From positions 118,542 to 182,541 of the forward strand of contig CAZRIX010000001.1 of assembly GCA_964600255.1 (NCBI GenBank): a stretch of DNA of 64,000 nucleotides. The letters are read 5' to 3'. The DNA is from an uncultured Candidatus Saccharibacteria bacterium. Lineage in GTDB: Bacteria > Patescibacteriota > Minisyncoccia > Phycocordibacterales > PALSA-1337. Position 1 is the first letter of the stretch. Each line of letters starts with the position of its first letter. The notes beneath the pieces were generated by a model. That model made no database searches, had not been told where the DNA came from, and worked only from the letters and a program-made list of their open reading frames with translations. Shown here in pieces: positions 52,610 through 61,132 of the stretch. The translations under genes were made by a program, and so were the position numbers.

Positions 52610-53653
52610 TTATTTACTGACCGACACTAATTCCACTTTATAAGTCACTGATTCTCCATCATCAACCAAAATCATTGGTTCCACTCCTGTAAACCAATAT
52701 CCCTCCGAAGTCTTAAAAGTTATTTTCCTTACACCACCAACTTTCATCCCAATAACCCCAAGTGCGTAAGAATCGTAGGACTCAATATTAGTATTCAAAT
52801 TTATTTTGAAATTTTTGAACATATTTGTAAGAGTGGGATTATTTGGCATTGTTGAACTGTCATAGGTTTTACCCTTTATATCTACACCCAGTACATTAAT
52901 AACAGCCTTTTCGTTATACCGCGCCAATTCCCCCGTACCAATCTTCACATCGACAATATTTTCTGACGGGAAGTACTGATAATTCGCAGATCCAGGAACT
53001 GCCTCGAGTGATGGATCCAGATTTACATTATTAGTCATTTCTTGTAAAACCCATTTATCATGTGTATTAGTCCAATCTTTTTTGCAATCATTCCTTCTAA
53101 CAAGATAAATATATGCATCACACTCATCAAGTGAATCAAACATGGCATTATTTTTATAAATAATTTTACCTTTTACAGATAGGTCATGATAATTCATGTA
53201 TATAACAGGACAAAGAATAAAGAAAAGTAAAGCTGCAACTACCGTTGAAACAGTTAATTTATCCGTCAGTGGCTTAGTGATATTAAACACAATCAGAGCA
53301 AAAATAAAAAGTATCAGTATACATACAAGTGTTGGAAAAAACGCCAAACCCCAAGGAACAAAGTATGCTGGAATAAAACAAGCCACAATATCAACAACAA
53401 TTAAAATTCCAGCAACTTTAAAAACTTGTTTATTAAATGAACTACTTAAACCCATCCATATTGAAATAATTACACTAGCGATAAAGTAAAATACATATGT
53501 TGCAAAATCGACATCAAAAAACTCAATAGCATGACCATCACTAGTATGAGAACGATAGTGGAAATAGAAGAAAGACACTAAAGAGTATATAAGTAGAAGT
53601 GCACACCCTCTTAAAATTGATAAAGGATTTGTGAATATTTTGTTATTTTCCAT
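52610..53653 (-). CDS. Membrane protein with a degenerate FKBP-type C-terminal domain
   Basis: About 5 N-terminal TMs; DVKIGTG...GVIGMKVGGVRKI...YKVELVSV. Confidence 0.65.
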   Translation of the reverse strand: MENNKIFTNPLSILRGCALLLIYSLVSFFYFHYRSHTSDGHAIEFFDVDFATYVFYFIASVIISIWMGLSSSFNKQVFKVAGILIVVDIVACFIPAYFVPWGLAFFPTLVCILILFIFALIVFNITKPLTDKLTVSTVVAALLFFILCPVIYMNYHDLSVKGKIIYKNNAMFDSLDECDAYIYLVRRNDCKKDWTNTHDKWVLQEMTNNVNLDPSLEAVPGSANYQYFPSENIVDVKIGTGELARYNEKAVINVLGVDIKGKTYDSSTMPNNPTLTNMFKNFKINLNTNIESYDSYALGVIGMKVGGVRKITFKTSEGYWFTGVEPMILVDDGESVTYKVELVSVSK

Positions 53654-53748
53654 GGTACTGATTATATCCCACCATTATATTCCTGAATAGCCTGGTGTTT
53701 GTATGCATTTAACAAGAATAAACAACTAAATTAATAAAAGAAATTAAC

Positions 53749-53792
53749 TGGCGGAAAGAGCGCACTTAAGCGACTTTGCTAAGTCGAGATTC
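53749..53792 (-). repeat. tRNA-Ser(ACT) 3'-end repeat carrying a 24-nt hairpin insert
   Basis: 43/44 identical to 55157-55200. Confidence 0.9.
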
Positions 53793-53845
53793 TATGTTTA
53801 CATATAAGAACGAGATGTGTAGTTTGGAGTAAACCAAAGACTATA

Positions 53846-54526
53846 TCAAATATTTCTGGTAGAGAAATACCTTTTAACTTTTCTAATACCCACGATTAGA
53901 CTGATGGAGAATACAATAAAGATTGTAAGGAAACTTTCATTGTCAGATGAATTGTCAATATCAAACACGAGAGGAACGATAAGTGCCAATCCCCCTACAA
54001 ATAGAGTAGCCCAGAATCTAACTCTCAAAGAAGAGAGGAAGACTTTCATAGGATGACCTCCCTCTATAACTTGAGCTACCTCATAACTTGATCTAAAAGC
54101 TGGAAACCAGGTAGTCCATACACGGTCACTTACGTGATAATCTTCGGAATGCTGGAGCATTACAATTTTACTTCGATATATTTTTGCTAAGTATATATTC
54201 ACAATACCTGAAAGACTCCAACCAATAAAGATTAGAAATAACGTCGATAAAAATACAGCGTAGCCACCTGTCCCAGATATAATTGCAATAATCATTACCA
54301 AACTTGCTCCTGGGAAAAAACTTCCTATGAAATAGAGTCCCTCGATAAATACAGAAAGAAAGGCAGCCAAGTAAATATACTTTTCATCAATGTTTGAAAG
54401 AAAATCTACCAATTCCCCCATACCTGGAATCTCTGAGTTGAGAAAAAGTAGTACACCATATACCGCAAGAGCTGCTGCTGAGATAATCCAAATTATTCCT
54501 GCATATAGTTGATTCTTATTCTCCAT
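53846..54526 (-). CDS. DedA-like membrane protein (divergent)
   Basis: FIEGLYFIGSFFPG, multi-TM. Confidence 0.6.
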   Translation of the reverse strand: MENKNQLYAGIIWIISAAALAVYGVLLFLNSEIPGMGELVDFLSNIDEKYIYLAAFLSVFIEGLYFIGSFFPGASLVMIIAIISGTGGYAVFLSTLFLIFIGWSLSGIVNIYLAKIYRSKIVMLQHSEDYHVSDRVWTTWFPAFRSSYEVAQVIEGGHPMKVFLSSLRVRFWATLFVGGLALIVPLVFDIDNSSDNESFLTIFIVFSISLIVGIRKVKRYFSTRNI

Positions 54527-54564
54527 TGCATAATTTTAACCTAAATCTAATAATTAAGACACAT

Positions 54565-54610
54565 TGCTCGACTCAGCATGCTGTCGCGAAAAGAGCACAT
54601 GTTAGTGACT
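54565..54610 (-). repeat. Degenerate tRNA-Ser(ACT) 3'-end repeat
   Basis: 39/46 identical to 55138-55183. Confidence 0.8.
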
Positions 54611-54654
54611 CGTATAATGAATCTCGATTTAGGTAATAACCACTACTCTATAAC

Positions 54655-55092
54655 TCACAAACTAAATAAGTAAATTGAGGTTGTCAAAATAAAAAGTATC
54701 AGCCATGTGTACACATACAATCTGTGGTACTTTTTTATCTGATTGCAATATTCAGTAACAAGAGAATCAGTACGGGCATTATCATTCACACCAAGAAAAA
54801 GGCTTTTTTCCATTTTAGTCCACGAAAAAGCAGTTAGAGGATTAAATGAAACTACCTTTGAATTAATTCCGTCTTTGATTAGTGCTGGTGACCATATATT
54901 AAACTTGAAACTATTTGGATAAAGTTTATTTACTCTCCTTCTAAATTTTAGCAGATGCAAGTTAAGCTGTATTATACATATTAAACCAAAAATAAAAAGT
55001 AGAGTGTAGATACCACCCCCAACAATAATAGTGATTGAAAACAAATCTAAAGACTGTATAAATGTGAGTATACTAGTAATCATAGTTAACAT
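54655..55092 (-). CDS. Hypothetical membrane protein
   Basis: 145-aa ORF with hydrophobic N- and C-termini, lying between tRNA repeats. Confidence 0.6.
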   Translation of the reverse strand: MLTMITSILTFIQSLDLFSITIIVGGGIYTLLFIFGLICIIQLNLHLLKFRRRVNKLYPNSFKFNIWSPALIKDGINSKVVSFNPLTAFSWTKMEKSLFLGVNDNARTDSLVTEYCNQIKKYHRLYVYTWLILFILTTSIYLFSL

Positions 55093-55156
55093 AATACAAC
55101 AGATAGTAACCTGAGGCTATAGCATCTCATCGAGACATGCTCGACTCAGCATACTG

Positions 55157-55336
55157 TGGCGGAAAGAGCGCACGTAAGCGACTTTGCTAAGTCGAGATTC
55201 GGTCATAGGTCTTCGCCTGCTGGCTCAGCCTACGACCCTGCCTCCTTCGCCTTCGCTCAGTCCGGCTTTCTCATCTCGTCTTTCTTTGCAGTCAGACGCT
55301 CTGTTCAGAAGCCATTCAGGCTTCTTCACAGATCGT
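55157..55336 (-). repeat. tRNA-associated structured element A (tRNA 3'-end copy, 82-nt core, inverted arm, proximal hairpin)
   Basis: Core 55196-55277 is 64/82 identical without gaps to 62265-62346; hairpin 55296-55336 covaries with 62361-62400. Confidence 0.88.
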
Positions 55337-55425
55337 GGCGGAAAGAGCGAGATTCGAACTCGCGGTTCCAATTAAGGAACGGCGGTTTAGTAAACCGCTG
55401 GTTTAAACCACTCACCCATCTTTCC
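55336..55425 (-). tRNA. tRNA-Ser with anticodon ACT (type II, CCA encoded)
   Basis: GGAAAGA/TCTTTCC acceptor stem, G73, GAGTGGTTTAA D-loop, GCGGT-TTACTAA-ACCGC, long variable arm, GCGAG-TTCGAAT-CTCGC. Confidence 0.9.
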
Positions 55426-55433
55426 ATAGCTAT

Positions 55434-55462
55434 ACTATACGAAAATTGAGGACATTTTACAA
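55434..55462 (-). promoter_or_regulatory. Sigma70-type promoter of tRNA-Ser(ACT)
   Basis: TTGTAA (55462-55457), 17-nt spacer, TATAGT (55439-55434), 8 nt before the tRNA. Confidence 0.65.
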
Positions 55463-55494
55463 ATTTTTGATAATTACCATGATATAATTATCAT

Positions 55495-57144
55495 ATGCAA
55501 AATAAATTTGATTCTTTGAAAAAGGTATTTAAAGGAGACATCGATCTAACGGATGAATCACTTACAACGTACTCGAATGATGCAAGTCTCTTTGAAATTA
55601 GGCCTGAGGTTGTAGTTTTCCCCAAAGACAAGGACGATGTATCGAATCTTGTTAAATGGGTAAATGAAAACAAAGCTCAATACCCAACTCTTTCTATAAC
55701 CGCAAGAGCCGCAGGTACTTGTATGTCTGGTGGTTCTATTGGTAGTTCAATAATACTAGATACGACTAGGTATATGAATGAGATCATCGAAGTCACTGAT
55801 AACTATGCAGTCGTAATGCCTGGCTGTTACTACCGCGATTTCGACAAAGCTACAAAGAAAATAGAACGCTATATGCCAGCTTTCACCGCATCTCGAGAAA
55901 TCAATGCAGTTGGAGGAATGGTTGGTAACAATAGTGGTGGTGAAAAGTCTGTTAAATACGGTAAAACAGAAAACTATATAAAGTCACTTAAAGTAGTTCT
56001 TTCAGATGGTAATGAATATGAAGTTAAGCCCTTAACAAAAGTAGAACTAGATAAAAAATTGATCCAGAAAGATTTCGAAGGAAATCTATACCGAGAGCTT
56101 TCAAAAGTTATTGATGGAAACTATGAAAAAATAGTTGCTGCAAAGCCAGATGTATCCAAGAATTCCGCTGGGTACTATTTGTGGAATGTTTTGAATAAAG
56201 ACACAGGAATCTTTGATGTGTGTCAGCTAATAGTAGGATCACAAGGCACACTAGGAATAGTAACTGAGATAAAATTCAAGATAGTACCATTTGAGAAGTA
56301 TTCAAATATCCTAGTAGTCTTCCTCCCTTCTCTTAATGAAGTTAGTAAACTTGTTACCGAGATACTTCCATACAAACCTGATAGTCTCGAGACTTATGAT
56401 GACAAGAGTATGATCCTTGCTGTACGTTTCTTTTTCGATTTCTTCAAGCAACTAGGATTCTGGGGAGCGATAAAGCTGGGACTACAGTTTATTCCTGAAT
56501 CATTCATGATAGCAGCCGGTGGAGTTCCAAAACTTATACTAATGATCGAGTTTGCTGGACATAGTGAAGAAGAAGTAAAAGGTAAGTTAGTTGAAGTTAG
56601 AGAAAGAATAAAGCATTTTGGTTTTCATATGCATATAGCTCATTCAAGTGCTGAGGCAGACAAATACTGGAGAATCCGTCATGAAAGTTTCAACCTTCTA
56701 CGAAAGCATGTCAAAAACAAGCGAACAGCACCTTTTATAGATGACATTATAGTAAAGCCAGAGTTCCTTCCAGAATTCCTACCTCAAATCAAAAACCTGC
56801 TTGATGAATACAAGCTAGACTACACAGTTCAAGGTCATTTAGGAAATGGTAATTTCCATATCATTCCGCTTATGGATCTTAATTCACCTTTCTCAGCTGA
56901 CATTATCCTAGAGCTTTCAGCAAAAGTTTATACGCTGGTGAACAAGTATAAGGGATCTATTACCGCCGAACACAACGACGGAATAATAAGAACACCATAC
57001 CTCAAGCAACAGTTTGGTGATGACATAGTCGCTTTATTTAAAGTAACAAAAGAAATATTTGATCCATTGAATATATTTAATCCTGGAAAAAAGGTTGGAG
57101 GAACTTTTGAGGATATTAAAACAGCAATTAAAAAGAAAAACTAA
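55495..57144 (+). CDS. FAD-binding oxidoreductase (GlcD/D-lactate dehydrogenase family)
   Basis: YSNDAS, RAAGTCMSG, GGMVGNNSGG, GSQGTLG, GHLGNGNFH, AEHNDG, FNPGK. Confidence 0.88.
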   Translation: MQNKFDSLKKVFKGDIDLTDESLTTYSNDASLFEIRPEVVVFPKDKDDVSNLVKWVNENKAQYPTLSITARAAGTCMSGGSIGSSIILDTTRYMNEIIEVTDNYAVVMPGCYYRDFDKATKKIERYMPAFTASREINAVGGMVGNNSGGEKSVKYGKTENYIKSLKVVLSDGNEYEVKPLTKVELDKKLIQKDFEGNLYRELSKVIDGNYEKIVAAKPDVSKNSAGYYLWNVLNKDTGIFDVCQLIVGSQGTLGIVTEIKFKIVPFEKYSNILVVFLPSLNEVSKLVTEILPYKPDSLETYDDKSMILAVRFFFDFFKQLGFWGAIKLGLQFIPESFMIAAGGVPKLILMIEFAGHSEEEVKGKLVEVRERIKHFGFHMHIAHSSAEADKYWRIRHESFNLLRKHVKNKRTAPFIDDIIVKPEFLPEFLPQIKNLLDEYKLDYTVQGHLGNGNFHIIPLMDLNSPFSADIILELSAKVYTLVNKYKGSITAEHNDGIIRTPYLKQQFGDDIVALFKVTKEIFDPLNIFNPGKKVGGTFEDIKTAIKKKN

Positions 57145-58713
57145 ATGGACCCTAGACTTATTTTGATGAGTACCCTATATGTTTTTGGAATCATACTCAC
57201 TTTAAGTCTGGCCGTTTTTGTCTGGATCAAATCAAGAAAAAATACTCTATCAGTTTTGTTCTGTCTCATCAGTGTGGCTGTAGCTATAGTAGAACTATCA
57301 ATAGTTGGAATAATAAATGCTCCGGATGTCGATACAGCTTACAGCATATCACTTTTGAATGTTGCCAATATTTATATTGTAGTCTTTACCGCACACTGGG
57401 TACTAGAAGCGATAGGAAAAACAAAACAGAGGCAACTAGCATTGGCTGTTATACACTTGAGTGCATTGGCTCTCAATATGTATTTCATGTTTGATCCACA
57501 GAGTTTACTGTCATTACCTACTCCAAAGATGTATCTTAACTTCTATTTTGAACCAGGATATCTATATGGAGTAATGCGAATATACTTCGCAATCATTACT
57601 CTTTACTTTACAACTGAGTTGATAATAGCGTATAGAAATACGGTAGATAAACTTGTATTAAACAGATTGCGTTACGTTATTTTCGGAATAGTATATGGAA
57701 TGGTGTTTGGACATTTTGCAGTATTTCTAGTTTACGATATACCTGTAGATCCTATTTATTCTATTCTTTTCCCTCTATACACAATACCCCTCGCATATTC
57801 AATCATTCACTATGAACTAATGGAAACAAAAATAGTGGCGAAGAAAGCTCTAGAATATGCATTGACCGTATCTTTTGTCGCTGTTGCTCTACATCTAATA
57901 AATGTATTCAATGATGTACTTGTTGAAACTTTTAGCTATATCCCAAAATGGTTGATTCCATTGATAACGTCAATAATAGCTTCAAGTGCTGGACTAATAA
58001 TCTGGTCTCGAGTAAAAGATGCTGAGGTTCTAAAAAACGAGTTTATCACCATTGTAACTCACAAGTTCCGAACACCATTAACACAAATCAAATGGACGGT
58101 GGATAGTATCAAAAAGGAGGCTAGCAAATCTCCAGAGATTACTGACGGACTAAATACAATAATGGTTGCAAGTGAATCTCTAACCGAACTTACCAATGCC
58201 CTATTGAAGGCAACAGCGAGTGAAGAAGGCGATGGTAGTAAGATACTAACCAGAGAATACATACCGGAAATAGTTTCCAGAACAGTTCGTAAGTTTAAAA
58301 AGGAAATTAGCAATAAGAATATAGAATTACGTACAACAACATCAGATGATATTCCAATAACTCCAACAGATGGATCTAACTTGGCTATAGTTTTATACTA
58401 TTTGATAGAAAACGCTATACGATATACCAACGATTCAGGTAGAATTGACATAACAATAAAGAATACAAGTAAGCAGATCTTTATAATAGTAAAAGATTCA
58501 GGAATCGGAATAAGTAAAGATGAATTGGCTAGAATCTTCTCAAAGTTCTACAGGAGTCAGTCTTCTATGAGAATGGATACCGAAGGTCTAGGAATTAGTT
58601 TGTTTATCGCAAAACAGATTGCAGATAGAAATGGATGGAATCTAACCGTAGATTCAGAGGGAGAGAATTTAGGAGCTGTATTTACATTAACAATACCAAT
58701 TAATACACTATAG
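57145..58713 (+). CDS. Membrane sensor histidine kinase
   Basis: Multi-TM N-terminus, H-box THKFRTPL, ENAIRY, DSGIGI, GLGISL. Confidence 0.9.
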   Translation: MDPRLILMSTLYVFGIILTLSLAVFVWIKSRKNTLSVLFCLISVAVAIVELSIVGIINAPDVDTAYSISLLNVANIYIVVFTAHWVLEAIGKTKQRQLALAVIHLSALALNMYFMFDPQSLLSLPTPKMYLNFYFEPGYLYGVMRIYFAIITLYFTTELIIAYRNTVDKLVLNRLRYVIFGIVYGMVFGHFAVFLVYDIPVDPIYSILFPLYTIPLAYSIIHYELMETKIVAKKALEYALTVSFVAVALHLINVFNDVLVETFSYIPKWLIPLITSIIASSAGLIIWSRVKDAEVLKNEFITIVTHKFRTPLTQIKWTVDSIKKEASKSPEITDGLNTIMVASESLTELTNALLKATASEEGDGSKILTREYIPEIVSRTVRKFKKEISNKNIELRTTTSDDIPITPTDGSNLAIVLYYLIENAIRYTNDSGRIDITIKNTSKQIFIIVKDSGIGISKDELARIFSKFYRSQSSMRMDTEGLGISLFIAKQIADRNGWNLTVDSEGENLGAVFTLTIPINTL

Positions 58714-58715
58714 TC

Positions 58716-59234
58716 GTGAAAAACAAAATAGTACAAGTAAATGACAAGATGCAAACAGGTTACGAATATGAACTTGTCTGCCCTGCTGGAAAGGAATTCG
58801 ATCCAGAGTTTAATCCAGAACTAACTCCAAAAGAAATGCTCGAGCTTGGTGTTTTTGGTGGTATATACATGAGAGATTGTACCGAAGAGTTTCCTAAGGA
58901 TTGGTTTACGAATGCCAAGTTTGCTCCTAGTGGTACTGATAAGCACATAGCATCGATCAATTTGTTTGGAGTAAATGCCAGCCAAGGTCTATCAATATGG
59001 AAAAAGAATGGATGGATATACAAAGACGATCCTAGAGGATGGTTCCAATGGTACTGTAGATACTATATGGGTCGTAGAATACCAGAAGAAGATGCAAGAC
59101 AGATCAAAAGATGGAAGATGATGAAAAGACACATGGCACAGATCTATCACAACTGCAGAGCTCAAGATATATTCTGTAGACCAAAACAAAGACAGGCACT
59201 TCTGCACTGGGCTTACGATAGCAGAAAGATATAA
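58716..59234 (+). CDS. Conserved hypothetical protein
   Basis: LTPKEMLELGVFGG, DPRGWFQWYCRYYMGRR, QIKRW, RQALLHWA; tightly linked to ung. Confidence 0.75.
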   Translation: MKNKIVQVNDKMQTGYEYELVCPAGKEFDPEFNPELTPKEMLELGVFGGIYMRDCTEEFPKDWFTNAKFAPSGTDKHIASINLFGVNASQGLSIWKKNGWIYKDDPRGWFQWYCRYYMGRRIPEEDARQIKRWKMMKRHMAQIYHNCRAQDIFCRPKQRQALLHWAYDSRKI

Positions 59235-59243
59235 TATACGAGA

Positions 59244-59918
59244 ATGAATACTGTAACCATGAATATGAATAACGATTGGAAAGAGATACTGAATGAAGAG
59301 CTAGTAAAGGATTATTTTCTTGATCTAAATAAATTCATCGATTCTGAGTATGACTCCAAAACAATTTTCCCTCCCAAAGATTTGGTTTTCAGTGCTTTAA
59401 ATAGCTGTAGTTTTGATAAGGTTAAAGTAGTGATTCTTGGACAAGATCCGTATCATGACCTAGATCAAGCGATCGGTCTTAGTTTTGCGGTAAAATGTGG
59501 GATGAGGCTGCCACCTTCTCTCAAAAATATATTCAAAGAGATCGAGAGCGATCTAGGTATAGAGCCGCTGCAAGACGGCGATCTATCTCGTTATGCAAAG
59601 CAAGGGGTGCTATTACTTAACTCAACTCTAACAGTCGAAGCACACCGTCCTGCTTCACATAAAGATAAAGGTTGGGAAAGATTTACTGATGAAATAATTA
59701 AAGCTCTATCTGGTAGAAGAGATGGTGTGGTCTTTATATTGTGGGGAAATTTTGCCAGAGAAAAAGCTCTACTGATCGACACTAGCAAGCATTTCATCAT
59801 TCAATCCCCTCACCCTTCCCCTTTCTCAGCAAGAAAAGGATTCTTTGGAAGTAAACCTTTTAGCAAAACAAATAACTATCTAAAAGAAAAAGGTCTTGGT
59901 GAAATAGACTGGAGGTAG
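59244..59918 (+). CDS. ung: Uracil-DNA glycosylase (family 1)
   Basis: GQDPYH, GLSF, PPSL, GVLLLN, HPSPFS. Confidence 0.96.
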   Translation: MNTVTMNMNNDWKEILNEELVKDYFLDLNKFIDSEYDSKTIFPPKDLVFSALNSCSFDKVKVVILGQDPYHDLDQAIGLSFAVKCGMRLPPSLKNIFKEIESDLGIEPLQDGDLSRYAKQGVLLLNSTLTVEAHRPASHKDKGWERFTDEIIKALSGRRDGVVFILWGNFAREKALLIDTSKHFIIQSPHPSPFSARKGFFGSKPFSKTNNYLKEKGLGEIDWR

Positions 59919-59934
59919 GAAAAAACTGCTTTGT

Positions 59935-60435
59935 TTAAATTTTATTAATTAAAATGTTTCTATCTAGTTCTACCCTCTCATCTCTTAATATAAAACCTTT
60001 CTCATCTCTCACTGCCATATTTATCCATAGATTGATAATTTTTGCTGACCATAGTTTGTGAGTACTTCCTGCTGAATAGAACTCCAGAGAAACTTTTTCT
60101 TTTCCTTCTTTTTCTCTAGAAGAGTTAGCTATTTCCAAACCAGCCTCCAATTCTTTACCCTCCAGCACATGACCACCTTCACATCTTATATATACCCCAC
60201 CAAATTCTATTCTATCGAATATTACTCCAAACAGCTGACCTGTCCTTAATATATTCTGTGAATGTAGTGCTTCAATATTTGAACTCCAGTATATATTTTC
60301 TAGTTTTTCATCATATAAAAATTTAATTGGACTATTGTGTGGTGATCCATCTACATTTGTTGTGGCAAGTGCAATATGTCTACTTGTATGGATTAATTCT
60401 TTAGCTCTATTTGTTTTTGATTCTAAGATATTCAT
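59935..60435 (-). CDS. Pyridoxamine 5'-phosphate oxidase-family protein
   Basis: IALATTNVDGSPHNSP, YWSS...HSQNI. Confidence 0.75.
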   Translation of the reverse strand: MNILESKTNRAKELIHTSRHIALATTNVDGSPHNSPIKFLYDEKLENIYWSSNIEALHSQNILRTGQLFGVIFDRIEFGGVYIRCEGGHVLEGKELEAGLEIANSSREKEGKEKVSLEFYSAGSTHKLWSAKIINLWINMAVRDEKGFILRDERVELDRNILINKI

Positions 60436-60513
60436 AAATTTTTGTTAAATGGCGGATGGTTTAGCACTGGGATAACGATATATCATAAAGATAATTCTGC
60501 AAATTTTCCTAGA

Positions 60514-60978
60514 TTAATTTGAGTCCTGTGGCACACTAGCCAGCTTCTTTCTAGTGGGCCAGTTTGCGATGAAAAATATTATCAACAAATAACCGCCGAC
60601 ACCGACTATTGCATTGATACTCTGAAATGCTGTTCCCATTTCAGAATCAATATAGTTACTTCTGAATCCAAATGAGTATCCGTAAATAATAAAAAATATA
60701 CACAAACTTATGGAGATCAAGTGGAGACGATATCCGGGTAGATATTTTATGGTAACATACTTTCTCAAGACGGAACCAATCAAACAAGACAGTATAACAA
60801 CAATTCCAGTAAGTGCGGCTCCTATCACCACTTGGAAAGCTATGGCAGTAATTCCGTCATATGGAAAAGCCATGACACCAACAATGTATATAATCCAGCC
60901 CGCGATAAAGCTTACAAGTAGCGCCAAAAGCCTATATCCGTAGTTTATAATTTTTGGGCTTATTCTGAACGATTCCAT
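60514..60978 (-). CDS. Hypothetical 4-TM membrane protein
   Basis: 154-aa hydrophobic ORF directly downstream of a tRNA repeat. Confidence 0.65.
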   Translation of the reverse strand: MESFRISPKIINYGYRLLALLVSFIAGWIIYIVGVMAFPYDGITAIAFQVVIGAALTGIVVILSCLIGSVLRKYVTIKYLPGYRLHLISISLCIFFIIYGYSFGFRSNYIDSEMGTAFQSINAIVGVGGYLLIIFFIANWPTRKKLASVPQDSN

Positions 60979-61044
60979 AGATATAAAAATATTAGCATAA
61001 AATAGGCTTTTAGGTACCCACTAACTTCTATACTGTTAAATCTT

Positions 61045-61089
61045 TGCGGAACCGGAGGGATTCGAGCCCTCGTGACCTTTAGAGGGGCT
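61045..61089 (-). repeat. tRNA-Ser(GCT) 3'-half repeat (variable arm to acceptor end)
   Basis: 40/45 identical to 62401-62445. Confidence 0.9.
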
Positions 61090-61132
61090 CCAGGTACTTT
61101 TATCGCTTTTTCGTGAGGCACTCGGATCAACT

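Noticed and set aside
52547-53689. Weak similarity between CACCACATACATTCCAGGATA (~52547) and CACCATTATATTCCTGAATA (~53670) upstream of adjacent genes
   Set aside because: Short, gapped and AT-rich; not enough to call a repeat
53749-55425. CRISPR array interpretation of the repeats
   Set aside because: The repeats are tRNA-derived, few, 0.2-0.8 kb apart with whole genes between them, and no cas genes are present
55156-55449. ORFs 55156-55449, 55184-55375, 62175-62438 and 62218-62499
   Set aside because: Shadow ORFs antisense to the tRNAs and GC-rich structured elements; no protein features
60443-60456. TGTTAAATGGCGGA between the PNPOx-like and 4-TM genes as another tRNA-end repeat
   Set aside because: The position is suggestive and it resembles TGTTAAATCTTTGCGGA at 61034-61050, but the match is too short to distinguish from chance
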